64,000 nt of DNA. It comes from Bacteriovoracales bacterium (GTDB lineage Bacteria > Bdellovibrionota > Bacteriovoracia > Bacteriovoracales > Bacteriovoracaceae). The translations under genes were made by a program, and so were the position numbers. Under the pieces are notes generated by a model that worked only from the letters and a program-made list of their open reading frames with translations, was not told the origin of the DNA and did no database searches. Positions within the stretch are counted from its first letter, which is position 1; each line of letters opens with the position of its first letter. Positions 27,507-35,895 of the stretch are shown piece after piece. The stretch covers positions 23,291 through 87,290 of the forward strand of contig JAOMEV010000002.1 in assembly GCA_028346125.1 (NCBI GenBank), written 5' to 3'.

Positions 27507-28391
27507 GTGGAAACAAAAGTTGGTTGGATCGGAACAGGGGTTATGGGCCACTCGATGGCCATGCGGCTCTTAAAAAAAAATATTCCCTTGGTTGTTCATA
27601 ATCGTTCAGAATCAAAGACTAAAGAGCTCATTAAGGAAGGTGCCCTATGGGCCGAAAGCCCTTGTGAAGTTGCTAAACAAACTGATGTCATTTTTCAAAT
27701 GGTGGGGCTTCCTAAAGACGTGGAGCAATGTACACTAGGGGAAAAAGGCGTTTTAGAGGGAATTTCTGAAGGAAAAATTTTTGTCGATATGACCACAAGT
27801 TCTCCTTCTCTTGCTCAAAAAATAGGGGAGGCCTTTAAGGCCAAAAAAGCTCTGACTTTGGATGCTCCTGTTTCTGGAGGGGATATTGGTGCTCGGGAAG
27901 GGACGCTCTCTATTATGGTTGGAGGAGATGAAAAGGCCTTCCAATCTTTAGAAAAATTTTGGGATATCTTGGGTAAAACGGTTGTTTACCAGGGTCCTTA
28001 CGGAGCCGGCCAACATACAAAAATGGTCAATCAGATTTTGATTGCCACAAATATGATAGGTGTCTGTGAAGGGCTTTTATATGCCTACAGATCTGGCATG
28101 GATCCCTGGAAAGTTCTTGAATCAGTCGAAAGTGGTGCTGCCGCTTCATGGTCTTTATCCCAGTTAGGAAGAAGGGTGCTCGATAAAAACTTTGAACCTG
28201 GATTTTATGTCGAACATTTTATTAAGGATATGGGGCTAGCACTTGATGAGGCCAAAAAAATGAATCTAAGTTTACCAGGCCTTGCCCTTGCCCATCAGCT
28301 TTACATCGCACTTAAGGCCCAAGGAGGTGGGAAGAAGGGGACTCAAGCGCTCTTTTTGGCCCTTTCGGAGCTTTCACCTTCAATGGAATAA
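27507..28391 (+). CDS. NAD(P)-dependent beta-hydroxyacid dehydrogenase (3-hydroxyisobutyrate / tartronate semialdehyde reductase family)
   Basis: GTG start. [14 protein letters not shown] Rossmann motif, DAPVSGG, and KMVNQIL with the catalytic Lys context. Confidence 0.8.
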   Translation: METKVGWIGTGVMGHSMAMRLLKKNIPLVVHNRSESKTKELIKEGALWAESPCEVAKQTDVIFQMVGLPKDVEQCTLGEKGVLEGISEGKIFVDMTTSSPSLAQKIGEAFKAKKALTLDAPVSGGDIGAREGTLSIMVGGDEKAFQSLEKFWDILGKTVVYQGPYGAGQHTKMVNQILIATNMIGVCEGLLYAYRSGMDPWKVLESVESGAAASWSLSQLGRRVLDKNFEPGFYVEHFIKDMGLALDEAKKMNLSLPGLALAHQLYIALKAQGGGKKGTQALFLALSELSPSME

Positions 28392-28462
28392 TTTTCCACT
28401 CCCAGTAACCGGTTAATTCCATTAGGATGGAATGTGCGACTTAAGAGTTTAAGGGGATAGTC

Positions 28463-29035
28463 ATGATTGATAATGATATGAAGTTATTTTCTCTAGAAGA
28501 GTTTAAACAAATGAAGGATCAGTTTAAGGTTAACTTCATTAACTCTTTAAGCGGTTTTGAGAGCTCCAATCTCATCGGAACTGTTGATTCGGAAGGACAG
28601 CCGAACCTTGGATTGACAAGCGCATGCTTTCATTTAGGTGCTGATCCTGCCATGATTGGTTTGGCCATATCTCCTTTGCATGTTGAACCCCAAACAATAA
28701 AAAACCTTATTGAGCAAAACTCCTTCACGATTAATCACGTTGATAAATCCCAGTATAAAAAAAGAGAAAATCCTCACCTTTATTTCACCCATGACTTTTC
28801 TGATGTTAACCCGAATGCCTTCACAGAATTCTATACGGGTTCCCTAGAGGCCCCTTATGCCGCAGAGGCCCTCATTAAAATCGGTCTCATGAAAAAGGAA
28901 TGTATGGCCATCAAAGAAACAAATTCCTATGTTTTGGTTGGTCTTATTCAAGAAGTCCTTTTGGATGAAACACTTATCAGTGACAATGGTCGAATAAACC
29001 CTGAGATGGTTGAATCTCACCTTCGGAAAAAATAG
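28463..29035 (+). CDS. flavin reductase-like FMN-binding domain protein
   Basis: FINSLSGFESSNLIGTVDSEGQPNLGLTSACFHLGADPAMIGLAISP fits the Flavin_Reduct pattern. Confidence 0.5.
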   Translation: MIDNDMKLFSLEEFKQMKDQFKVNFINSLSGFESSNLIGTVDSEGQPNLGLTSACFHLGADPAMIGLAISPLHVEPQTIKNLIEQNSFTINHVDKSQYKKRENPHLYFTHDFSDVNPNAFTEFYTGSLEAPYAAEALIKIGLMKKECMAIKETNSYVLVGLIQEVLLDETLISDNGRINPEMVESHLRKK

Positions 29036-29104
29036 AAGACCTCAGTCAGGTACTTTTTCTTTACTTTTCCTGAGACATGACGATGTGTATCACGAGGTGC
29101 TCTT

Positions 29105-29527
29105 ATGATTGAAGAATTTATGGACTTCATTAACTCTTATTCCATGGATAAGAAGCGTTACTGGGTTGTGTCTGACGTCTACGATGTTCAAAGGTACGAA
29201 GTTTTTTGGGAAAACAACAATAAATGGTCTGTGAAGAAAGTAGGAGATGAGAGCTTTCTTAAAGAAAAGGTTTCTCACGACGTCATAATAGAGACATTTA
29301 CAGAAAATAAAATTGATTTAGGCTCTCTTGAAGCTCAAATTAAGGCCGATATATTATCGCAGAGCCTCTACGCCAAAATCGTTTTCGATAAAACGAAAGA
29401 TCTTTTGGGGCAAGAGGCCATGGATCAAGCTGATGAAGATTTTAAAGAATTTAATAAAAACCTCCTCGATACAGTCGAAAAAATTTTAAAAAAGCCGAAA
29501 CTCAAGCTTGTCAAAGAAGATAAATAA
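29105..29527 (+). CDS. hypothetical protein
   Basis: 140-aa ORF with consistent codon usage and no recognised family. Confidence 0.45.
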   Translation: MIEEFMDFINSYSMDKKRYWVVSDVYDVQRYEVFWENNNKWSVKKVGDESFLKEKVSHDVIIETFTENKIDLGSLEAQIKADILSQSLYAKIVFDKTKDLLGQEAMDQADEDFKEFNKNLLDTVEKILKKPKLKLVKEDK

Positions 29528-29582
29528 AAATAATTTACCTGTATTCGATAGATTTTCTTTAGTCATTATCCGCCAAAGAAAC

Positions 29583-29610
29583 TTGCATAACCGTTTATTT
29601 ATGCTATATT
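29583..29610 (+). promoter_or_regulatory. sigma70-like promoter candidate for rpmG-rpsN, with an inverted repeat filling the spacer
   Basis: TTGCAT (29583..29588), 16 nt, TATATT (29605..29610), about 35 nt upstream of the rpmG ATG. GCATAA-N8-TTATGC at 29585..29604 spans the spacer. Confidence 0.35.
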
Positions 29611-29644
29611 GGCGCCTTCGAAAATCTAAAAAGGAAGGCTTTAA

Positions 29645-29848
29645 ATGGCGGCGAAGAAAGGTAAAGGGAAAAGAAGCAAAGGTCCAAGAGTGATCATTAC
29701 CCTTGAATGTACTGAAGCTAAAAAAGAAGGAAAACCACCTTCAAGATACACTACGACAAAAAATAAGAAGACAATCCCTGAGCGTTTGGAAATGAAAAAA
29801 TATAATCCGTTTTTAAGACGTCATACATTGCATAAAGAAATTAAATAA
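29645..29848 (+). CDS. rpmG: 50S ribosomal protein L33, cysteine-poor (C-) form with a Lys-rich N-terminal extension
   Basis: [33 protein letters not shown] matches the L33 core. CxxC pairs are replaced (CTEA; NPFL). AAGGAAGG RBS. Confidence 0.85.
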   Translation: MAAKKGKGKRSKGPRVIITLECTEAKKEGKPPSRYTTTKNKKTIPERLEMKKYNPFLRRHTLHKEIK

Positions 29849-29889
29849 AGTAAATATCTTAGTAGGAAATAATTAAGGAGTTTTTTTTA

Positions 29890-30195
29890 ATGGCAAGGTT
29901 ATCTAAAGTTGTTGCTAATGAGAAAAAGGCCAAGCTTGTCGCTAAATATAAAGAGCGTAGGTTAGAGCTGAGAAAAAAATCAAAAGATCTTACTGTAAGT
30001 GATGAAGCAAGAGCAGAGGCACGTTATAAGTTGTCTAAGCTTCCAAGAAATTCTGCTGCGGTTCGTTTTAGAAACCGTTGTGGTGTTACAGGAAGACCTC
30101 GTGCTTTTTACAGAAAGTTTAGACTTTCTAGAATCGCCTTCAGAGAGCTTGCTCTTTCTGGGATGATTCCTGGCGTAACTAAATCAAGTTGGTGA
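29890..30195 (+). CDS. rpsN: 30S ribosomal protein S14, long (101 aa, non-zinc) form
   Basis: [51 protein letters not shown] matches long-form S14. AAGGAG RBS. Confidence 0.9.
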   Translation: MARLSKVVANEKKAKLVAKYKERRLELRKKSKDLTVSDEARAEARYKLSKLPRNSAAVRFRNRCGVTGRPRAFYRKFRLSRIAFRELALSGMIPGVTKSSW

Positions 30196-30204
30196 TCAAA
30201 GATA

Positions 30205-30240
30205 TTTAGAAGATATAGGGAGTTCCTTATATCTTCTAAA
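30205..30240. terminator. bidirectional stem-loop between rpsN and the DksA-like gene
   Basis: TTTAGAAGATATA (30205..30217) pairs perfectly with TATATCTTCTAAA (30228..30240): a 13-bp AT-rich stem with a 10-nt loop. The 3' arm overlaps the minus-strand stop codon. Confidence 0.55.
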
Positions 30241-30637
30241 CTGACTTGGGCTTTCTTAGATTACTCTGTTCACGTTCTTTTTCTTCGGCTGCGGCAATAG
30301 AAAGCCTGGCCCAAGGAACCTTTTGTAGTCTTCTTTTTTCTATCGGTTCATCAGTCTCTTCACAGAATCCATAAGATCCGTTTTCTATTCTCATAAGAGC
30401 AGACTCTACTTCTCTTAGTCTCGAAATCTCTCTTTCTCTCAGTCCAAAAGAAACATTTTGATTAATATAGGTTTGGGCCTGGTCCCCATCTTCGACGATT
30501 TCGTCAGAAGGGATGTGGAGGTCTTCAGTCGATTTATACTTGATGGCATTAAGAAGTTCATTACGTAATCTGAGCAGTTGCTCCTTTTGATTCAAGACAA
30601 ACCGGTTATCTTCCATGACAGTCATCCTTAACCTCAC
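30236..30637 (-). CDS. DksA/TraR-family protein with a cysteine-depleted (DksA2-like) zinc-finger region
   Basis: ALMRIENGSYGFCEETDEPIEKRRLQKVPWARLSIAAAE aligns to the YGxCxxCGxxIxxxRLxAxPxAxxCxxC pattern but reads CxxT-(17)-SxxA. An N-terminal coiled coil is present. Confidence 0.7.
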   Translation of the reverse strand: MRLRMTVMEDNRFVLNQKEQLLRLRNELLNAIKYKSTEDLHIPSDEIVEDGDQAQTYINQNVSFGLREREISRLREVESALMRIENGSYGFCEETDEPIEKRRLQKVPWARLSIAAAEEKEREQSNLRKPKSV

Positions 30638-30837
30638 TTTTTGATAAAAATAAATGTTACCCCAGGTTAGTGTGGGCCCCTAGAGCAAAACAATAAGTGG
30701 TGATATTCCATTTCCCAATTATTACGTTTTAACATTTGGCCATTTATTTTTTTGATTGTAAAGCCAAAATATTTAAGTTAAGTTTTTGAAATTATAAGCC
30801 ACCTTGGCACATCGTTTCAACAACCTATAGAGGAAGC

Positions 30838-32349
30838 ATGGCAAAGAAAGAGACATTTGCAATTAGTCCATTGAGAGAAAGTGATTTTCCCGGCTGGTAC
30901 CAGCAAGTCATCAAAGCTGCCGACTTGGCAGAGAATTCTCCAGTCAGAGGTTGTATGGTGATTAAGCCTTGGGGCTATGGCCTTTGGGAAAACCTGCAAG
31001 CGCAATTAGACAAAAGAATAAAGGAAACTGGACATGAGAATGCTTATTTTCCTCTTTTTATACCCCTAAGTTTTCTTGAAAAAGAGGCCAAGCATGTTGA
31101 AGGCTTTGCCAAAGAATGTGCTGTTGTTACTCATCATAGACTTGAAGAAAAAGATGGAAAACTCATTCCAACGGGAGAACTTGAAGAACCTCTCATTGTG
31201 AGGCCAACCTCAGAAACAATTATCGGTGAGTCTTTTTCAAAATGGGTAAACTCCTATAGAGACCTACCTCTTTTAATTAATCAATGGGCCAATGTTGTTC
31301 GGTGGGAAATGAGACCCAGAGTCTTTTTGAGAACAGCTGAGTTTCTTTGGCAGGAAGGACACACAGTTCATAGCACCCAAGAAGAGGCCTTTGAAGAAAC
31401 AATAAAGATGCTTGGGGTTTATAAAGAGTTTGCAGAAAATGTTCTGGCCCTCCCTGTGATTGCAGGTGAAAAAAGTGAAGGGGAGAGATTTCCAGGTGCC
31501 TCTAATACTTTTACGATTGAGGCGATGATGCAAGATGGGAAGGCCCTCCAGGCCGGAACTTCTCATTACCTTGGACAAAATTTCGCTAAAGGTTCCAATA
31601 TCCAGTTCAGTAATAAAAATGGAAATATGGAATATGCTTACACAACGAGTTGGGGAGTTTCAACTCGTTTGATTGGAGGCATGATCATGGTTCATGGGGA
31701 TGATGATGGAATGAGGGTTCCTCCAAGAGTGGCGCCTAAACATCTTGTTCTTCTTCCTATCACTCCAGGAAAAAATCAGGAAAAAGATGATCAGGTTTTA
31801 GATCAGGTTCAAAAGTTGGCAGTAGAGTTAAGGTCTTGTTCTTTTGATGGACAGCCTATTCGTGTGCATATTGATAAAAGAGATAGAGGCGGGGGAGAAA
31901 AAAATTGGGAATGGATTAAAAAAGGAATTCCTCTTCGTGTAGAGCTAGGACCTAGGGATCTCGACAGTGGTACTGTTATGGTGGCCAGAAGAGATAAAGG
32001 TCATAGAGATAAGCTCAAGATGCCTTTTGATGAATTGAAAGAAAAAGTTTCAACACTCCTTGAAGAAATTCAAGAAAACTATTTTGGCCAAGCGAAAGAG
32101 TTCAGAGACCAAAATCTAGAAACAGGCCTTAAGACCAGGGAAGAATTTGAATCCTATTTCAAAAAGACTGATGGAAGAGTTGGTTTTGTGAGGGCCAAAT
32201 GGTGTGAAGACCCTGAGACCGAAGAAGAGCTTAAAAAACTTAAGGTTTCAGTCCGTTGTCTTCCAGAAGATCAAAGTGGGACTGTCGGCACTTGTATCCT
32301 TACGGGTAAAGAGGCCAAAACAGACGCCATTTTTGCGCGATCTTATTAA
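30838..32349 (+). CDS. proS: prolyl-tRNA synthetase, archaeal/Thermus-type (no editing insertion)
   Basis: FPGWYQQVIKAADLAENSPVRGCMVIKPWGYGLWENLQ, RPTSETIIG, NQWANVVRWEMRPRVFLRTAEFLWQEGHT, ALQAGTSHYLGQNFA, terminal ...ARSY. Nearly collinear with T. thermophilus ProRS as recalled. Confidence 0.92.
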   Translation: MAKKETFAISPLRESDFPGWYQQVIKAADLAENSPVRGCMVIKPWGYGLWENLQAQLDKRIKETGHENAYFPLFIPLSFLEKEAKHVEGFAKECAVVTHHRLEEKDGKLIPTGELEEPLIVRPTSETIIGESFSKWVNSYRDLPLLINQWANVVRWEMRPRVFLRTAEFLWQEGHTVHSTQEEAFEETIKMLGVYKEFAENVLALPVIAGEKSEGERFPGASNTFTIEAMMQDGKALQAGTSHYLGQNFAKGSNIQFSNKNGNMEYAYTTSWGVSTRLIGGMIMVHGDDDGMRVPPRVAPKHLVLLPITPGKNQEKDDQVLDQVQKLAVELRSCSFDGQPIRVHIDKRDRGGGEKNWEWIKKGIPLRVELGPRDLDSGTVMVARRDKGHRDKLKMPFDELKEKVSTLLEEIQENYFGQAKEFRDQNLETGLKTREEFESYFKKTDGRVGFVRAKWCEDPETEEELKKLKVSVRCLPEDQSGTVGTCILTGKEAKTDAIFARSY

Positions 32350-32765
32350 GTGACGTTTTTGTGCCCTTTATTTCTTTTCTGAGCTGATATGATGACTTTC
32401 TTTATGGCCTCTTTGGTAAACGTGTGATCATAGGGTTTTCCTATGATTGTGTTTAGAGGATTGTCGAGTCTAAAACTATCAAGCTCTTGATGATCTTCAG
32501 GTCTTTCGGCCGAGAAAAGAAAAAATGGAATATTTTGATTACCCAGATTAAATGTATAGATTCCTCCACCGTTGACACCACCATCACCTAGGTCAGGGAA
32601 GTTGTAATCCGCAATAATCAATCCAATTTCAGTTTCGCTTTCTAGGGCGTTAATGGCATCCATTCCTGTGCTTGCTTGGATCACATCCAAATCAAAGTTT
32701 TCGGCAATGAAATCTGTGATGATTTCTCTTACATCTTCTTCATCGTCGACAACCAAAATCTTCAT
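32346..32765 (-). CDS. single-domain response regulator receiver
   Basis: MKILVVDDEEDVREI, LIIADYNFPD (acceptor Asp), IIGKPY. Confidence 0.75.
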   Translation of the reverse strand: MKILVVDDEEDVREIITDFIAENFDLDVIQASTGMDAINALESETEIGLIIADYNFPDLGDGGVNGGGIYTFNLGNQNIPFFLFSAERPEDHQELDSFRLDNPLNTIIGKPYDHTFTKEAIKKVIISAQKRNKGHKNVT

Positions 32766-32881
32766 GACTTGACTCCCTCTTAAAAAAGCTTCCTATATCT
32801 CTGATATTTTAGCATATTTTTAAATTTCTTTAATGCCTTTTTGAGCTGGAAAAAAGGTCAATTCTGACTGTTTTTATTCAA

Positions 32882-33088
32882 TTAAATAAGACCGAGCCTT
32901 TTTTTGAGGTCCTCTTCTGTAAGCTCTCCTTCACTGACGGCGGCCCTTACAACCATCATGGCCTTTTTGTATTCGTCGAGGTGGTTGGCATTAACAAGTG
33001 AGAAGTCTACATGCTTTTGGTTATCCAAATGCGAGTATTTGACGGCCTTTTTAAGTAACTTGACGGCGTCTTCAAATTTTTCGTTCAT
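32882..33088 (-). CDS. hypothetical small protein
   Basis: 68-aa helical ORF. A weak hairpin, CCTTTTT(8 nt)AAAAAGG at 32836..32857, lies downstream on the minus strand. Confidence 0.4.
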   Translation of the reverse strand: MNEKFEDAVKLLKKAVKYSHLDNQKHVDFSLVNANHLDEYKKAMMVVRAAVSEGELTEEDLKKRLGLI

Positions 33089-33162
33089 ACTAAGTCCCTT
33101 TTCCCAAACATTACAATTTTACTCAATGTTGATCTTATACCAAAGTCTATTTGAAAAGTAAT

Positions 33163-34134
33163 TTAATGAGAATTTTGCCCAGTGTCCAAAAATTGAATAA
33201 TTTTTTTCTTCATTTGAGACCAGGCCTTGTTGCCAACACTTTTTTTATCTAAAAGAAGGTGGGAAATCACTCTAGAAGTTGTGGCCTTACTATTATTTAT
33301 TAGATTGATTTTCCATGACTCTAGATTGTTTTTTTCAATAAAGTTTTGAAACTTTTTAAAGTCAAGAAGCTCATCCTCCGGGTTCATAAAAATCATAGTC
33401 GGGATATTTCTCCATGTTTTTTGAAGGGTACTAGACATTGATTTGTTTTTATCCAAGAACTTAAAAAAGGCTTCATAAGAGGCCACAGTTGTACCTTCTT
33501 GGACGCGATAATTTTTCAAGTTTAGGCTTGGAATAGTCCAATCTTTTGGAAAGAGAAATCCCATAAGTTGGTAAAAAAAAGTCAGAGGGGCCTTGACAGT
33601 AATGGCAGGAGAAATAAGTATAATTTTGTTAATTTCGGCCTTATGAGGAGTTTTTTCCAGGTCATTCAAAAAATTAAAAAGGAGAAGGCAGCCTAGGGAA
33701 AAGCAGTTGATATTGAGAGGAAGGCCTAGTCTTTTTGCCTTTTTGTGGGCCAGGCAATAGAGGTTTTTAAAGTCATCTTTCCAGTTTTTTTCTGTGAGAT
33801 CCTTTGCCTCAGAAGCGCTTCCTCTATGGCCGGTCAAAGACCCTCTGAGGGTTTCCAGCCCAGAGGAAGTGAATAAATTGGCCAATGAATTCATGACGCT
33901 GGGCTTATTATTAAGGCCATGGACTGTTAGAATAACCCCCTTTTTCTTTGTTGAAGGGCTAAGCCACCTTGTCGATTCTTCCGCGTCATACTCTTTGTGG
34001 TAGAAAGTCCAATTGAGCTTGGCCAAGGACTCATTCTCGGGGGAGGGGCAAAGGGACGCATAGCCCAAATTTGAAAGAAAAAGGAAAATAAATTTGAAGA
34101 AGTAGACTTGTTTCATATAAATTAGAGTTTTCAT
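33163..34134 (-). CDS. secreted alpha/beta-fold hydrolase
   Basis: VILTVHGLNNKPS (oxyanion region), nucleophile elbow CFSLGC, signal-like N-terminus. Confidence 0.6.
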   Translation of the reverse strand: MKTLIYMKQVYFFKFIFLFLSNLGYASLCPSPENESLAKLNWTFYHKEYDAEESTRWLSPSTKKKGVILTVHGLNNKPSVMNSLANLFTSSGLETLRGSLTGHRGSASEAKDLTEKNWKDDFKNLYCLAHKKAKRLGLPLNINCFSLGCLLLFNFLNDLEKTPHKAEINKIILISPAITVKAPLTFFYQLMGFLFPKDWTIPSLNLKNYRVQEGTTVASYEAFFKFLDKNKSMSSTLQKTWRNIPTMIFMNPEDELLDFKKFQNFIEKNNLESWKINLINNSKATTSRVISHLLLDKKSVGNKAWSQMKKKIIQFLDTGQNSH

Positions 34135-34166
34135 CGATGAGGGGCAAAGGTCAATGGAGAGAAGAA

Positions 34167-35072
34167 ATGGATACTATAGAGAGTTGGATTAAAAATAAAG
34201 AAAGGAAAGTCACTGTTGTTGGTGGAACTCATGGAAATGAGTTTTTAGGTGCTTACCTTGTTAAAAAACTGGAAGAAGAAAAATATTCTCGAGAGGGACT
34301 TGATATCAACTACGAACTTGCTAACCCGAAGGCCTTTGAGCAGGGAACAAGGTATGTGGATGAAGATTTGAATCGCTGTTTTTCAACGGAGTATTTAAAA
34401 AAGGCCAAGGAAAATAAAGGACCCAAGACTTATGAAGAAGGTTTGGCCCTTCATTTTTATGAAAAATTTAAAAAAGATAATATAGACTTTATTATTGACC
34501 TTCATACTACAACTTCCAATATGGGCCCGACGGTTATTTTATCCCATCGAGATGAACTTTCTTTGAAGGCCGCAGATCATTTGAAAAAAAAGTTTCCCGA
34601 GTTGAAAGTTATTTGCGATTTTGTTGAACTTGAAGAATGTTATTGTCTTTTTAGTGTGGCCCCATCGGGACTTTTATTTGAGTTTGGGCCTGTGCCTCAA
34701 GGAGTCCTTAAATCCAAGCAATTCTTGCTTATGGAAAATGTTGTGAAAGAGGCCTTGAGTTTTTTGAGTTGCTTGAAAGAAGATGATCATGAACGGATTG
34801 ATTTTGAAAAGGGTTCTTGTGGATATGAAACTTACCATGTCACGAAACCTGTTGATTTTCCGAGAGATGAAAAAGGAAAAATAAGAGGAATGATCCACCC
34901 TGAGAGAGAGGGGTTGGATTTTGTTCCAATGAAGAAGGGAGATCCTCTTTTTTTATGCTTTGATGGGGAGAACCTTAATTGGGAGGGGGAGACTTCCTGG
35001 CCTATTTTTATGAATGAAGCCGCTTATTATGAAAAGTCGACAGCGCTTGTTTTAACTCAAAAAAGGGATTAG
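34167..35072 (+). CDS. aspartoacylase / succinylglutamate desuccinylase family zinc hydrolase
   Basis: Start moved to the Met of MDTIESW. VTVVGGTHGNEFLG, DLNRCF, IIDLHTTTSNMG are AstE_AspA signatures. Confidence 0.8.
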   Translation: MDTIESWIKNKERKVTVVGGTHGNEFLGAYLVKKLEEEKYSREGLDINYELANPKAFEQGTRYVDEDLNRCFSTEYLKKAKENKGPKTYEEGLALHFYEKFKKDNIDFIIDLHTTTSNMGPTVILSHRDELSLKAADHLKKKFPELKVICDFVELEECYCLFSVAPSGLLFEFGPVPQGVLKSKQFLLMENVVKEALSFLSCLKEDDHERIDFEKGSCGYETYHVTKPVDFPRDEKGKIRGMIHPEREGLDFVPMKKGDPLFLCFDGENLNWEGETSWPIFMNEAAYYEKSTALVLTQKRD

Positions 35073-35707
35073 TTGAGAGTCATCACCCCGAGGGATTCAG
35101 TTCCGTGTTTGTCTTCTTTAAATATGATGGCCTTTTTTCCTTTAAATTTTTCCTTATTTTTTCTGGCCTCGGCCATTTCAAAGGGTGATGGACCCTTTTT
35201 GAGAATGGCCGCATGTTTTTCGAGATTTGATTTGATATCGAAAAAGCTTTTATAGTAGTCTTTTATTTTTGAAGGGACATTGACATCTTTTTCTGGAGAA
35301 ACAAAAGGGGGAGCAAAAATGACGTATTTATCTGTCACCCCCACAAGTTTGGCCGGGTGCCTTCTTTGCATCATACCGAATGAATAGCCAGCTTCTATTT
35401 TTTCATAAAAGTAACGAATAAGTTGAGGTCTCATTACGTGAGTTTTTTTTGATTTTGGATAAAGCTTTTTGTAGGATTTATCCTTTAATTCTTTTTCCGT
35501 TTGGGGATTAAAAATTTCAAGACGGAATCCTTCTGCTAAAGGGCCATTCCATTCATAGGGAGGGTGTTTAATTGGTTCTATTTTTATTTGCCATGGAGAA
35601 GGGAGTGATGTTTTAAAGTTTTCCCATGATTTCGGGCCAGACTTTTTTTCGTTACAAGAACTAAAAAGTAAAAGCAGGAAAAAAAATGTAAGGAATCGTT
35701 TCATCAT
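35069..35707 (-). CDS. lipoprotein, unknown function
   Basis: Lipobox FLLLLFSSCNEKK. No family recognised. Confidence 0.5.
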   Translation of the reverse strand: MMKRFLTFFFLLLLFSSCNEKKSGPKSWENFKTSLPSPWQIKIEPIKHPPYEWNGPLAEGFRLEIFNPQTEKELKDKSYKKLYPKSKKTHVMRPQLIRYFYEKIEAGYSFGMMQRRHPAKLVGVTDKYVIFAPPFVSPEKDVNVPSKIKDYYKSFFDIKSNLEKHAAILKKGPSPFEMAEARKNKEKFKGKKAIIFKEDKHGTESLGVMTLN

Positions 35708-35895
35708 TTATCTTCAGGGTTAGGGTTAACCTATCATAGAGAAGGTAGGTAAATTTGACAAACATAGTTTGGTGTAATGAAGGCTTGATAGAAAATATTA
35801 GTATTAAAGGCTAAAAATACTTTTTGGAATTTAATAAAATAAGAATGAGGAGATGACTTTCATGAAAGAAAGTCGGCCAACAAGAAGGATTTTGA

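Noticed and set aside
29528-29644. Canonical Zur/Fur box upstream of rpmG-rpsN.
   Set aside because: No 7-1-7 or 9-1-9 AT-rich palindrome of the GATAATGATAATCATTATC or Zur type was found. Only the 6-N8-6 repeat was seen, and it is reported separately with low confidence.
30805-30819. Sigma-54-like element TGGCAC-N5-TTCA about 20 nt upstream of proS.
   Set aside because: The -12 element lacks the conserved GC (TTCA instead of TTGC), it sits too close to the start codon, and a housekeeping tRNA synthetase is an unlikely sigma-54 target.
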